DNA of 62,755 bases, counting the filler, from Choristocarpus tenellus KU-1152 (Eukaryota; Protista; Phaeophyceae): the NCBI GenBank assembly GCA_964200185.2. It is 11 parts of 11 records of this genome, joined end to end, with 100 filler letters (N's around TTAATTAATTAA, not from the genome) between each part and the next. Parts side by side here need not be neighbours in the genome. Positions count along the whole stretch, not along the records: positions 8,052 to 13,531 come from CAXNAD020010649.1; positions 13,632 to 20,967 come from CAXNAD020006314.1; positions 21,068 to 25,671 come from CAXNAD020013824.1; positions 25,772 to 28,367 come from CAXNAD020026430.1; 7 more parts are not named here. One strand, written 5' to 3'. The notes under the pieces were generated by a model, which saw only the letters and a program-made list of their open reading frames with translations, did no database searches and was not told the DNA's origin. Numbering within the stretch: the stretch's first letter is position 1; each line of letters starts with the position of its first letter. The position numbers and the translations under genes were made by a program. Shown here in pieces: positions 13,491-26,228 of the stretch.

Positions 13491-13531
13491 GACCCAAAGT
13501 ATCTGGGGGGGGGCAGGGGGTCTACACCAGG
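13491..13531. mobile_element. MITE family B left end, truncated by contig end
   Basis: GACCCAAAGTATCTGGGGGG...GTCTACACCAGG. Confidence 0.8.
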
Positions 13532-13631
13532 NNNNNNNNNNNNNNNNNNNNNNNNNNNNNNNNNNNNNNNNNNNNTTAATTAATTAANNNNNNNNNNNNN
13601 NNNNNNNNNNNNNNNNNNNNNNNNNNNNNNN
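13532..13631. other. Artificial contig linker
   Basis: N44-TTAATTAATTAA-N44. Confidence 0.98.
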
Positions 13632-14285
13632 GCATACGGCAATAACGGTATAATAACAGACAAGCATGCTTTCCACATTTTTCCTCTTTTTCAGTGATCT
13701 ATCTCTCAATATATTATTCTGCCCTCTGACATTTTGAAGATGTACGAGGGAATTAATCACTATTCTACCACTATCTCTGTTCTATATTGCTTCTTTCTTG
13801 CAAAATTTTTATCGTACATCGCACTCCCTCCAACATGAGACTATAAATCATATACTCTCTAAAACTCCACATATTGTTGTGGGGGAACTTCCCGCAAAAT
13901 ATGGACGTTATTGGACAAAGCCTAAAAACGAATTTTTCAGTCGTGACAAAGTAAAAAAACAGTACAGCATAAGAGTATGACATATAGTGTTACGGTGGAG
14001 GTGCTTCAGACTAACAAGGGAATTTTACAGAAGTGAAGAGTAACTCATTAATTTCCCACTTTTCTCCCCACTTGCTTCATGATAAAAAAATATGTTGAAG
14101 AAGCTTAAAATAATACTTATTATTACACCTTTAACATTTTTCAAATGTGTCAAAGGAAAAACCAATGAAAAACTAATCCAATGTCAGAACAACCCCAGAA
14201 AAAAATAACAGTTGTCAAATGTGAAAGGCATTTTTCTAAATATCTACGACTATTTTACTACTATTGTGGTACCAGTAGTGAGGTA

Positions 14286-14785
14286 GTCCCGTCATAAAAC
14301 GTTTGGTGTAGACATCGGACTAAAAGAATAAAAGCATATTCGTGAGATGCCCATCACAAGGCCCTCCGGATTACAGGCTTTGATGTTCTTTTTCGCAACT
14401 TCTTCCTATTTTTTGGAAGAAAGAGCGCTCATATTGGGGTTCGAACCCTGGATTGTAGGTCACCAAGAGTGGCAACAGATGCAAATACTACTTGATTAAA
14501 GTATAGGGTTTAGATGGGAAAAATACCTCCCCAACCTTTCTTCCTGTGTCTTCGCGCACCTATTCTTTGACCTCGGCAAGGATGTCCTTTCCGAGGCCCA
14601 GGACGAAACACCTCTCGTAGCGCCCTTGCTCCGATACCTTGATGTGGCCCTTAGTTAGGAAGTCTCTCTCTCATTTACTCACAGACCATTGCATATCCTG
14701 CTGCCATCTCGAGCGCCGTTTGACAGTCTTTCCTGTCATTCATACACACGTGCAGGATTCGCAGTGTTAGAGTCTTTACCATCAC
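14286..14785 (-). repeat. ~500-bp inverted copy of 19568-20070 (transposase-like fragment)
   Basis: Reverse complement aligns throughout, e.g. GGCCCTCCGGATTACAGGCTTTGATGTTCT versus AGAACATCAAAGCCTGTAATCCGGAGGGCC. Confidence 0.92.
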
Positions 14786-15549
14786 ATGGACAATCATGAT
14801 CACTATACCGTCCTGGGTCAGGTGCTCTATGTTACGAGCGAATAGCGCAAGTATTTCTTCCAGTGCTTTAACCAGCGTGAGCAGTGTAGCGTGTGTGGAA
14901 CCCCAAAAGAGGGAACTCCGATTTGTTAAGTGTTACAGAGTAAGATCTGTAGCTTGGAAAAATGTATGCAGCTCGGTTTCCAGATGTGTTTCTAAATTGT
15001 AAACCAGGACTAATAAACGGTAGATGATGATTAAGAAAAAACAATGCAAGGTCAACACAAGATCAATGCATCTTCCTCACAACTTATATCTGATACGAAT
15101 CCTCGTATATTCTTGACTCAGAAGAGTATCTTTATCGGGCGACCTGATATTCATCATCCTCATTGGACCTTTTGTGACTGTCGGAATATCTCAAGAGTCC
15201 TGTGCAGGCTTCAGCGCCATCTATAGGACTGTGGAGTGGAGCTATACATCCCGTGGAGGTAAGCTTTTGGAGCGTGCTGTAACAGCTATCCCTGTGCTCA
15301 AGGAAGGTCCGCATTCAACGTCCGACCGCACTGTCTCTGGTTGTAGCTGCCACTAAACCTCCTTCTCTTAAGTTTGTCGTGCGTTTTGAACTGAGGGTAC
15401 AAAAAAGTATATCCCTGGCCACATTATTGCTTGTTCTTGTGGTAGAAATATATATTATTTGTCCACGCATGACAGTTCTACTAGCATTAAAATGCTTGGG
15501 CATGATCAAATTTTCAAATCATCTGTCAACACTACTCCTTTCACCTGAC

Positions 15550-16300
15550 TGTGTACACTGAACCTGACCGTCACACCATTGGTTAGGCTCTCAGATGTGG
15601 GACCAGGGCCCAACTGGCTCAGTGCACTTCATCTACACCCTCCCAGACAGAGCCTTAGAATGAAGGCTCTCTACAATAATATGATCACAACTCGAAAACA
15701 TCTACTGCGGGAACACCCGAAAAGTATGGTTGCAACTAATGGGCTAACAGAGCTCAAGGAGGACTGCCCTCCACCAGGAGCATCACCCTACTTCCCTCAG
15801 TAGGAGAGAAAATAACGCCATTTGCAATCATCAGAGACCTTGATTCTGAGATGGAATGTAGGGCATCATTGTAGGAAGATGGAAAGAACATTCCTCCTGT
15901 AATATAACCCAGAGTATTTAGTATTCATACATACTACATGCATTCTTTGGTATGTAGCAGATGTCTCTTTGCCCCCACTCCTCCTTGTGTCAGGGTGTAG
16001 ACGATGAACGTCAACAATGGGTTACAGTGACTGAGATACAAATTATCCCTTGCAAGGTGAGAGACAGTGGGATACTTCTTTTGAATACCAACTGGTAATC
16101 TTACTGTACAGTAAAATACCCAACACATAGGAGATTGATGATTTGCTGTATGAACCCACAGTATGCAGTTCTGAAGACTAGGATCAGGTCCACGCTATGC
16201 ATAAGATACTTGGTAGAAGTTCATGGTTGATGATATTGTGATCTGGTGCTAATGAGGTAAGCGAGAATAGCAACTGACAATATTGTATCGTATCAACAAA
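15550..16300 (+). mobile_element. Possible very decayed Copia RT/RNase H fragment
   Basis: RR*TSTMGY trace near 16000-16026 resembling the DxDDRRSTxGY motif; no intact frame. Confidence 0.25.
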
Positions 16301-16892
16301 AATCAAATGAATGGGTGATGTTTTAACACCTTGCCCTCTAAGATACTTTGACTCAAAGGGGACCTGGTAAAACTTCCTATATGTTGAAGTTGCTTAGTAC
16401 CCTCAACTCAGCTTTGTTGATGAATTGAACAGACCATGGAGGTGCGTAACCCTAACTCCAACCCCTTCCTCTAACCTTAGGAGAGCGCTTTCCTAGTGTG
16501 GTCGAATTTATCAAAACAGCTGTGGCGAGGGAAATGTGCATCTCTGATGTCGAAAGATTAATCAGATCCCAAACAAAGAGCGCTATGGTCAGACAGTAGA
16601 TGGATGGGGTTATGGTCTAGGGTGGAGTACGAATATCATGATGGAGCTCAAACAATTAGGGAATGTAAATAAGCCAAGTTTTCGACGGAGTCAGCGATTT
16701 TACAACAGAAATGGCGATTTCCCCAACAATGTTGAAATCGAAGATCTAGACAGCATTGGCCATATAATCCTTACTGCCAACTTTCCCCCTGGTCTTCATC
16801 ATAAATCGGCAGCTCCCAGGACCTATTGAAGTGTTCCGGTCGGGACCTGTGGTTAGGATGATCAGCAACGAGCCCTGACAGAAGGCAATATC

Positions 16893-17151
16893 GAGTCGAA
16901 TTATCTTAGAGGGTAGAGCCGCGTCCATTTGGGGGCCAAAATCTAATGTTGCGATTTTGATTTAATTTTGGCTATCGTATTTGTTAGGAAGTTTCAATGT
17001 TCTTGTTGTGGACACACCTTTTCATAACGTATACATTTTACCTACTCCGAAATATTTTGGAGTAGGTAAATGTCATAAAAAAAAACGAGGGAAGCCAAGC
17101 CCCAAATGGACAAACAGGGCAAAACTCGTACCCTCTAAGATACTTTCACTC
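16893..17151. mobile_element. MITE family A, full length 259 bp, TSD TATC
   Basis: GAGTCGAATTATCTTAGAGGGTA ... TACCCTCTAAGATACTTTCACTC, with TATC on both flanks. Confidence 0.93.
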
Positions 17152-17898
17152 TATCGGGGTTGGGTGTGAGTATATATAGGGTTAGGGTTACAAAGAACTT
17201 GCAGTCTCAAATCCGTTGACTGAACGTAGTTGGGGTGAGAGGGGAATAAACGACCATGTGGGATTTGCAATGTGCACATGGACAAAACAGAATTTAAGAC
17301 TACGAGTAGATCTCAAGTACCATGTGATATACATGAACGGATAATCCAATACCAGGTCTCTACAATAACTGATACAAGGATAGAGCTGAACTATAAATAA
17401 ATACAAACATATAACTTGCTCTACCTTTCCTGATCTACTCCACGGGTCTCATCTATATAGTGTATAAGAGCAGGACTATCTACGAAGAGAGTCTTAGCCA
17501 TTCAGGTACTAGTAGGTGGTGAGTGGTGTGGACTCTGGGTGGGTTTGACAAACTTACACAATATACGACAAAATATCATGTACTAAGTATATGTTTTTTC
17601 GTTATTATGTACTATAATCTGAAAAATCTTAAACATTAATAGCATAATATCATCATCAGATTTGTGACACACACAACTGAAAATGTAACCTGAGCTCTTT
17701 GATCTAGTACTGGTTTTTATATTGCTTGTTCTTCATCTACCTATAAAGTGGTACCAGTAGCTTCGCCCTACGTGACTTTTCTGCTTGTTTTCACCGTGTA
17801 GCCACAACAGATATACAACAATATATATATCGAATGAAAGGGTATGACAAGAGCTTTCGAAGTTTTGTATCCATGAATGGACAGGGGAACGGGAGCTA

Positions 17899-18115
17899 TG
17901 TCCGGATCAAATAATGGAAAATAACGCGGGGGAATATCTCCGGCGCAATCTTGAAGGTTACAACTTCAAAACCAACAAAAATTAAGTGGTTGGTTGAACT
18001 CCTTGGAGAAAACTGGTCTGGGGTAGTTTCCTGCCCAAGTTTGGTCGGTGGGGCTGTACCGAAAAAAAAAGAAGACAAAATCTCCAATATTTCTGGACAT
18101 TTTTTTATCGGGACA
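17899..18115. mobile_element. Candidate TA-flanked MITE (Tc1/mariner-type)
   Basis: TA|TGTCCGGATCAAATAATG ... CATTTTTTTATCGGGACA|TA, 15/18 inverted match; single copy in the window. Confidence 0.45.
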
Positions 18116-19567
18116 TATTTTTAGGTCCTTTTGTAGGCTTTCTGTGAGGACAACAAACACGCATGATTTACACAGCAACATGAACCGCGTTGGTGAGACA
18201 AGGAGAGCCGCCGAGGCCACTCTGCCCCCTGGATCTACCCTCGGCACCTTCTCTGTCGAGAGTCGACGGAAATGCAAGTACCGTGTGATACTCAGTGTGA
18301 TGTTAGGTGACGAGAAAGTGCAAGTAGTGTGGCGCAGCAGCATGATGAAATCGTGCAATGGATCACGCGGTCGCGACACTGACGCTGAGGGAAGATTCAT
18401 TGAAAGCAATTACCACACAAACGTGGTTGAATCTTCAAATACTGCGGAGCACTGCAGTCTCTGCCGCCTTGGGAGAGCAGGAAGAGAGCGGCGAGTCCAT
18501 CACCAGGTGGTACAGTAACGAAGTCTGTAGGAAAGCCTGGTCATGGCGGGCGAAAGGAGAACGAGAGTGGCCGATCGAAGGGAAGATTTAGGAAGAGAGC
18601 AGTGTGACTGCGTGCCATTGTGCTCAGGAAATGCCTAAGCGAAAACCCGGGTGTAGAATATCTTAGTTGTCCACAGTTGCAGCAGGCCCTGGCTGTTTGG
18701 AAGCTATGCGAACCGGTGTGGCTTAAGGAAACGAGAAAGAAGGTGCTAGGTTTGGGGTACAAGGGCTCTGAAGCCCGAAAGAAGGTCGAAAGGGCTCGCA
18801 AGGCGGAGGAGAAAGCGATCGTAACAAAGGCAGCTGTGGAGACTTTTCGATACCACCAAATCCTTTACTTCAAAGAAGTCACGAAGCAGGTGGAGGTAGC
18901 CATCAATGATGATGTTCGTAGATAATGCTGCTCATACACATAAACACCACCGGTGGAAAATATATTAGGATGGAGTAATGGAGTAATGGAGGAAAAGTAG
19001 AGACAGATATATGTTTCGGTATATCTCAGTTGAAGTCTGCACAACGTATGCATGATACAGGAGTAGTATTATTTTCTGATTATAATATTATTTTCTGGTT
19101 ATCCATGTGGACGTTGCAAACCCCTCATGGTAATCAACACTGGTCTTACCCACGTTCTCAATCAGCGGAATCGAGACCATACGTCCCCTTGTAATATTAA
19201 CTTTGCTCATCTACATTAATATTCTTTTTCCTTCATTAAAAGCACCAAAGCCGCGGGTCCAGTGCGGAATATTTCAACAGAGGACGCTAGGGAAGAAGAG
19301 GAAGTGAGATTGAGACTATTTGCACACCAATGGTTTGGTGTCTCCAACCTCTTGTAAGATGCCGTACAATCACCTTTGTTCCTGGACTTAGGGTTGGACG
19401 TATAAAGTTGATTAAGGCTTTCTCTCAGTCTGCATTAATTCGAGAAATCAACACATTTTTCGATCAACTCAAGCCTGTTCTCCCTCGCCCTTGCGCCTTG
19501 ATGAAAAGAAATATCACCCACCCAGGAAACATGGACGATGCCCATTTCCGGTGCTCAAAGAGTAAAA

Positions 19568-20447
19568 GTGATGGTAAAGACTCTAACACTGTGAATCCTG
19601 CACGTGTGTATGAATGACAGGAAAGACTGTCAAATGGCGCTCGAGATGGCAGCAGGATATGCAATGGTCAGGTCGGAAACTGTGAGTAAATGGGAGAGAG
19701 ACTTCCTAACTAAGGGCCACATCAAGGTGTCGGAGCAAGGGCGCTACGAGAGGTGTTTCGTCCTGGGCCTCGGAAAGGATATCCTTGCCGAGGTCAAAGA
19801 ATAGGTGCGCTAACACACAGGAAGAAAGGGTGGGGATGCTTTTTTGTCGCCTAAACCCTATACTTTAATCAAGTAGTATTGCATCTGTTGCCACTCTTGG
19901 TGACCTACAATCCAGGGTTCGAACCCCAATATGAGCGCTCTTTCTTCCAAAAAATAGGAAAAAATGGTGAAAGAACATCAAAGCCTGTAATCCGGAGGGC
20001 CTTGTGACGGGCATCTCACGAATATCCTTCTTTTTAAATCCGATGTCTACATCAAACGTTATGACGGGACAACCCCAGAGGACGAAGCTACTGGTAGCAC
20101 TATACGAAGAAATGTATTATTTTTGTGAATCGTGTGATTCTGTGGTGGCGTGGTTCACTCAGGCAAGGGTGATGAAGAGAATCACCGGGCAAGACGGACC
20201 AGATGAACAAGGACGAACCGTAACCGAGGGTACGAGGTTATGGTTGGACAAGTGCAAATTAAGGAGTCATGATGATCATCTTCAAAGAAGGGCCCCATGA
20301 CTACAAGTCAAGACATGAGAACAAAGTGGATCTTCCATGTGTGGCAACTCTGAATGACGAACTGTCCCAAGTCTGTGGGATGGGTCTCGTGAAGAGATTC
20401 CATGGCTTCATTCTGACGGAAGGCCCGCCAGTGGAATCATGGTTGCT
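19568..20447 (+). pseudogene. Decayed DDE-type transposase fragment (probably IS630/Tc1-related)
   Basis: SKWERDFLTKGHIKVSEQGRY and CPKSVG/GMGL segments resemble eukaryotic DDE transposases; stops and frameshifts; duplicated in inverted orientation at 14286-14785; interrupted by a MITE-B. Confidence 0.4.
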
Positions 20448-20628
20448 GGCTCAAAGTATCTGGGAGGGGGTGGCGGCTGTCCATTTGGGGTCACTTTTTT
20501 CATATCGCGATTTTTGTGTGATCTGGCTGCCATACGTCGGATGGATAATGCAAATGCACTTTTCCCGATTTTGGTCCAAATGGACACCCTCGTGTATACC
20601 CCCCCCACCTCCCCAGATACTTTGGGGC
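20448..20628. mobile_element. MITE family B, full length 181 bp, TSD TGCT
   Basis: GGCTCAAAGTATCTGGG ... CCCAGATACTTTGGGGC, with TGCT on both flanks. Confidence 0.9.
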
Positions 20629-20967
20629 TGCTTGACAAGGAACCTTAAACGGTACAACGGTATATGGCATACGGCAATAAAGGTATAACAACAAACAAAC
20701 ATGCTTTCCACATCACCCCCCCTCCTGATCGGCCTTGAAGTAATGTAAACATGATTCAAGGTCAACGAAAAGGTGAGCTCTGGGAGCGAAATGGCAAACA
20801 TGAGTGACTGTTAGTATACTATTGCATCATTGTATTACACGACTCCATTAATACAAAATGAAGTGTAAAATAGAAACGAGGCACACAATAAATATCTGAT
20901 CAGGATAATGTTCGTAGATAGTGCTGCTGATACTCTATAGACACCACTGGTGGATTATGTGATAGGG

Positions 20968-21067
20968 NNNNNNNNNNNNNNNNNNNNNNNNNNNNNNNNN
21001 NNNNNNNNNNNTTAATTAATTAANNNNNNNNNNNNNNNNNNNNNNNNNNNNNNNNNNNNNNNNNNNN
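20968..21067. other. Artificial contig linker
   Basis: N44-TTAATTAATTAA-N44. Confidence 0.98.
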
Positions 21068-21089
21068 CCCCCCCAAGATACTTTGACCC
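21068..21089. mobile_element. MITE family B-like right TIR, truncated
   Basis: CCCCCCCAAGATACTTTGACCC at contig start. Confidence 0.65.
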
Positions 21090-21700
21090 TAACCACAACA
21101 CTGCCCTCAAGTATGTGGACATGCTCCGAAAAAAAAACCTAGTCCCTGAACAAACCTTTGCTTAACCCTTTCCACCTCCAGCATGTCCCTCGCTTACCCC
21201 AACCAAACCCCCCTGAATACCAGACTATCGACCAATGCCTACGTGAAGTTGTTGATGCCATACCTGACCATAATTAAATCAATTACACAATTTGGTCGCT
21301 TGAGCTTAAAAGTCCAAATAAGAAATTACAACAATCATCACCGAACATTAAAAAAATCGTTTAACTCGAACTAATCTGACTAATTCAAACCCCATTAATC
21401 ATGCTTCTTCACAATGGATGTAGACATATGTTCACCTCACGAAACACAAGCCATCAGTTAACCCTGATCAATGACATTTTTTTTCAATACTTCATGAGCA
21501 CAAGCACACGAACATGGGCACTTTACCATATACTTAGACCAATCCCCAACCATTCTTTTCAGTAATTCAAGTCCAAATTCAAGAATCCTCAAAGCAGTGA
21601 TAGCATGTTTTGCTGGACTTACCCTAACATGACTATAACTTTGTGTAATCCCCACACATATCTACGAAATACACCTTCACTCCCCCGCGTATAAGCAAGT

Positions 21701-21769
21701 TACCCAAAAATCGCGATATGGAAAAATGGACCCCAAATTGACACCCGCCCCCTTCCCCAACATACTTTG
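21701..21769. mobile_element. Degenerate partial MITE family B
   Basis: CAAAAATCGCGATATGGAAAAATGGACCCCAAATTGACA...CATACTTTG matches the family B interior and end. Confidence 0.7.
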
Positions 21770-23664
21770 CAACTTGTTCACTCAGACGATATGAAAATCG
21801 CTAGTACTGGTTCACACAGGCGCCGTATGGAGACCTAACTCCCCCTCTAGGACACGATGTTGGAACATCACTGCGCACTAAAGTACTCACAATACATTAT
21901 CCACAGACTGTGACCTCCTCGTAAGCCTCCAAAAAAGCGACAAGATCCTAGATATTGGACTGCAACCACAACTCTGTAAAACAGTCAGGTTGCTTGGATT
22001 AGATCTACGTGAATTTTTGACCGCACAACCACGAACAATCGGTTACAAGAGCAAACTCTCTGTCTTCTTTGGTTGGTTCTTCACCTCAGTCTCTTGCAAA
22101 GGAATGTCTACCTCCATGTGTCAATGCTAGGAGTGGTTTCAGGAGCTTTCAACATCAATTTTGTTGTATGGGTTGCTGTTGATGTTGGCAGTGAATTTGT
22201 CAAAGGCTGTCACAACTGAGTTGTGCAACTCACATCGGTTCAGGCACCCTTGAGAGCGATTGGGAGAAGAGATATGTAGAGTGTGTGAGGAGAAGAGAGC
22301 TGCCTACTTTAAAAACATGGCACATACTCCAGAACAAACCTCACATTTCCAAACAATCTCTCCTTGCACCTCTTTGCAGACTGTGTTCATCCATCCCACT
22401 GTTTGTTGCTCCGTGTCCACCGTTGAAACTTGTGCTGGATGACTCAGCATTGTACCCGGCAGTGAGGCCTTGTTCTTGATCCTGCTTTTTTGTGGTATAT
22501 TATACCGACGACAGATAATAGGACATTATGGTGTAGGTGTCATCTGTAGTACTTCCTGCCACGTGTGGATTTTGGATACCCAAACCAGATGTATTGCGAA
22601 AGGAATGCAGTGTGGATGGGGTTCGGGCTACGAATTTCATTGACGATCAACCATCAATCGACACTTCTTGAATAGTATCAATAACTATGAATTATTGTTG
22701 AGTTTGAGTGACCAAGTATGTCAGGTGGTGGAGATTTCTCGACCGATTGGTGGGCAGGCAAGGGTGTTTTCTTCAGGATGTGCATGGATCGAGTGCCAGC
22801 GCATTTTTTATTTTATTTTTTTACTGGTGGGTAGGGTGTTAAAAACGCTGCCTAAATACGTAGGGGTGTGTGGGCTTGAGGTACTGGGATGACATGAAAA
22901 CTAAGACCGCTGTCAAAGCGGATAGTGGAGGAAGGGAAAGTTCTGATAAATGAGGCAGTAAGTTTTATACTACCAAATCATTAAACGCTAACCATATTCA
23001 ACCACCTATATGTGGATTGAAAATTACCGATATATATATCATTCCGATACATCGGAATATCGATACAGGATGATAAATAGAGAAGGGTAGTAATACTGAC
23101 CTGACATTTTTGTTCCGACTGAACCTTCATTGATCATGATCCAATCGTCGTCTTCATTGGATTTCGAGCAAGATTTTGTGGACACCTCACCCAAATATGA
23201 ATAATATAAATATATATTTTTTCAGTATTCATATTTCCAAATGCAAGAACATCTATACATGTGTTGGACGGATAATGAATATTGAACATTGAACAATAGA
23301 AGCTTAAATAATGAAATATTACTATTAGTATGTAGTAGTACAGTCAGTATGTATGTGTATCACATATCACATGATGTTTGATACTGGACACTTGACACAA
23401 CCATCAATCGAAAATCGGTTGGGAGAAGTTTCACCTGAGGGGTGGGTGGGTGTTCATTATCTGTCTCGATTGAACCCTCCCAGGTTAAGGAAGGGAGGGA
23501 AGGAGAGGGATCTTCTCTGTTTCTGATTTATAGTGTGAACTAACTGAGTTGAATCGTCTTTCTGGGAGAGAACGGAGAGTCTATTCAAAGTCGCCGAGAT
23601 TTAAAACTACTAGTCTCAGAGGAGAGATTGAGGCGGCAGGTCTTGCTGTTTGCCTTACACCGAC

Positions 23665-24689
23665 ATGTCTGGTGACATGTATGATGATGATACCCTAGGG
23701 GGTTCTGCATTTGCCGATCTGTTTGAGCTAACGAGGGAGCTATTGAAGACTGACACCTACGTCCTGAGGGAAGCACACCAACGCTCGTCTCCTTCAACGA
23801 AATGTCTCGTCAAGTGTTTGTTCACATTCGGTCTGTCCAAAACCGATCGCAAGGAGATGGAAAAGGAATTGCAACTGTACCAGACATTGAAGCATGATCG
23901 CATTGTTATGCTGGAGGAAATCGTCGCGGAATCTGAGGTACCCAGGCAGTTATGGTGATACTTCTAGAGTCGGGAGTGCGTATGAGTAATGATGTTGAAC
24001 CTTGTTGCCGCCCCCCTGGTCTGAAAGATGCCGACACCTTGTTTCCCTGTCATAACATCCCTGGAGAGTGTCATTTTTTCGTTTGAGGACTACACCTACT
24101 TCGGTGTCATATCTTCACCCCTACCATGTCATTTTCTCCCAGGACCGCTTTTGCTACATTCTTTACGAGGACATGCCCGGAGGAACCCTTGCCGACCACC
24201 TGGGGCGAGGACAACAGTACTCCGAGGAGGAAGTCAAAGTTATGGTCAAAGGGTGAGTTTTGTAAATCGCACCCCTCTATCCTTGATTGAACTGTTGTAT
24301 TTGTACTTGGCAGTAGGCATGAAGGATCTCGTCCTCAATATCACACCCACCTAACTCTACGGTTTCTTCCTGCTCCCTATAATTTCAGCAGCATCCTGGT
24401 TTAATAAAGCCACAGCAATACATTATATCGCAGTCGTAAAACTTCTATCGAGTCACCAACACTGTTAAAAATTGGAAGGCACGTTGCTACAATGTTAGCA
24501 TCGTCGAACTATTCTACCCATGAAGTCTATGGCACAACAGAGACAGAGAGAAACCACCTTCGCACTATTATGTACTTTGTTTCAATCACTTTTTTTCTTG
24601 TCAAGGAGCACAAACCTCTTCACCAAAAGAGGTACATTTTTTGTTCCTTTACTATATCACTCCCCATTATGTACACTGCTGACTACCTG

Positions 24690-24739
<50 letters not shown>

Positions 24740-25139
24740 TTTCGGGTTTTTTAGGGGCTTTTCCTTTTTTCTCTTGCCGGGGTTTTGGGTTGGGGGGGGG
24801 GGGGGGGGGGGNNNNNNNNNNAAAAGGGGAACTTTTTTTTTCCTTTACTATTCCCCCCCCCCTATTGTCCCCCCCGGCCCACCTGGTGCCCCCCCCCCCC
24901 CCCTGCCCTTCCTCTCCCTCTCCCCTCTCCCAATCTTGTAGGTTATTAGAGGCATTGTCCTATTTGCACATGCGAGGCTATTGCCACGGGCATCTGACGC
25001 TTTCCCGGATTATGTTTTGGAGTGATGAGACAGGGCTAGAAGGGGCTGCTTCTGCAAAGCTGGCTGTTGTGGACCCTGTGGTGCAAGTAGAAAACAAAAT
25101 AAGTACTTGGGGAGAGGCAGCGGAAGAAGTCGACAGGAG
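23665..25139 (+). CDS. CAMK-like protein kinase fold, probable pseudokinase, 3'-incomplete. Exons 23665-23937, 24143-24252, 24942-25139
   Basis: Spliced: CLVK...KELQLYQTLKHDRIVMLEE...CYILYEDMPGGTLADHL...YSEEEVKVMVKGLLEALSYLHMRGYCHGHLT; splice phases are consistent (0, then 2). Confidence 0.85.
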
Positions 25140-25671
25140 GTGTGTTGCAAGGGAACACTGCCATGCCCCCAGGGGGTTGTGGTTGTGGTTGGGTTTGGGA
25201 GGGTTGTTGCTTCAAGCATTTTTTCTTTTACACCATCACCCTAACCCTAGCTAAGTGATGCTTTTGTGCTGGATTGATTGGTACGGAGTTCACCTCAAGT
25301 CAAAGGCTTCCTGCTGTGAAAATAGAGGTCAGGAGTAAAAAAATGTCGACAGAAGCCTTGGACTTGAAATGTGTAGTCTGTGGGAACCAGCAAACACCTT
25401 TATTCATTTACTGGTGTTGAAGTAAAATTACAAGTAGTAGTGTGGGTGTTGGGGTACAGGCAATGATTTTTTTATTTGCTGTAACTTCTGCTCATAAAGT
25501 GAGACTACTACGTATCCCTACCCTTTCTAAATATATTTATAATGCAGTCACTTTTGGTGTGTCCTTGGAGGTTTGTAGGATGCCATGATGGGAACCCTCC
25601 CCCCCCCCCCCCCCCCCCCCCTTCCCCCCGGGCGCTTTTCTTTTTCCCCCTCGTTGTTTGAGCGTCTTTTT

Positions 25672-25771
25672 NNNNNNNNNNNNNNNNNNNNNNNNNNNNN
25701 NNNNNNNNNNNNNNNTTAATTAATTAANNNNNNNNNNNNNNNNNNNNNNNNNNNNNNNNNNNNNNNNNNNN
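25672..25771. other. Artificial contig linker
   Basis: N44-TTAATTAATTAA-N44. Confidence 0.98.
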
Positions 25772-25969
25772 GATTTGAGTTGTACATCCTGGAAGGTGAG
25801 CATTGAGGGGCGCCTGTAACACTTCCTCTTGAGGACCTTCCTGCTCAACTTCTGTCTGAATAACCTGTCGGTCTGTTTCCACCTGTTTCGCAGTGGTGAC
25901 AACGGCAATCGTTATTATGAAGTGGGAGAGTACTTTCACAGTAACTTGGGGGACACTCTCAGTGCATTA

Positions 25970-26228
25970 GAGTCAATTTATCTTAGAGGGTAGAGCCGCG
26001 TCCATTTGACGTCCAAAATCCAATGTTACGATTTTGATGTAATTTTGGCTATCGTGTTTGTTAGGAGATGTCAATATCCTTGTTCCAGACACACTTTTTC
26101 ATAGCATGCACATTTTACCTACTCTGAATAATTTTGGAGTAGTTAAAATGTTACTTAAAACCCATGGGAAGCCAAGCCCCAAATGCACAAACAGGGAAAA
26201 ACTCGTACCCTCTAAGATACTTTCACTT
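25970..26228. mobile_element. MITE family A, full length 259 bp, TSD ATTA
   Basis: GAGTCAATTTATCTTAGAGGGTA ... TACCCTCTAAGATACTTTCACTT, with ATTA on both flanks. Confidence 0.92.

Noticed and set aside
19915-19926. GGGTTCGAACCC (also near 14437) as a tRNA T-loop/B-box
   Set aside because: No A-box or cloverleaf; it lies inside the duplicated transposase-like fragment
21800-22480. Cys-containing minus-strand stretch as a MULE SWIM or piggyBac zinc finger
   Set aside because: Too decayed to distinguish from chance
24492-24941. Poly-Pro/poly-Gly ORFs (also 43845-44249)
   Set aside because: They translate C/G homopolymers around assembly gaps within introns; probably low-quality sequence
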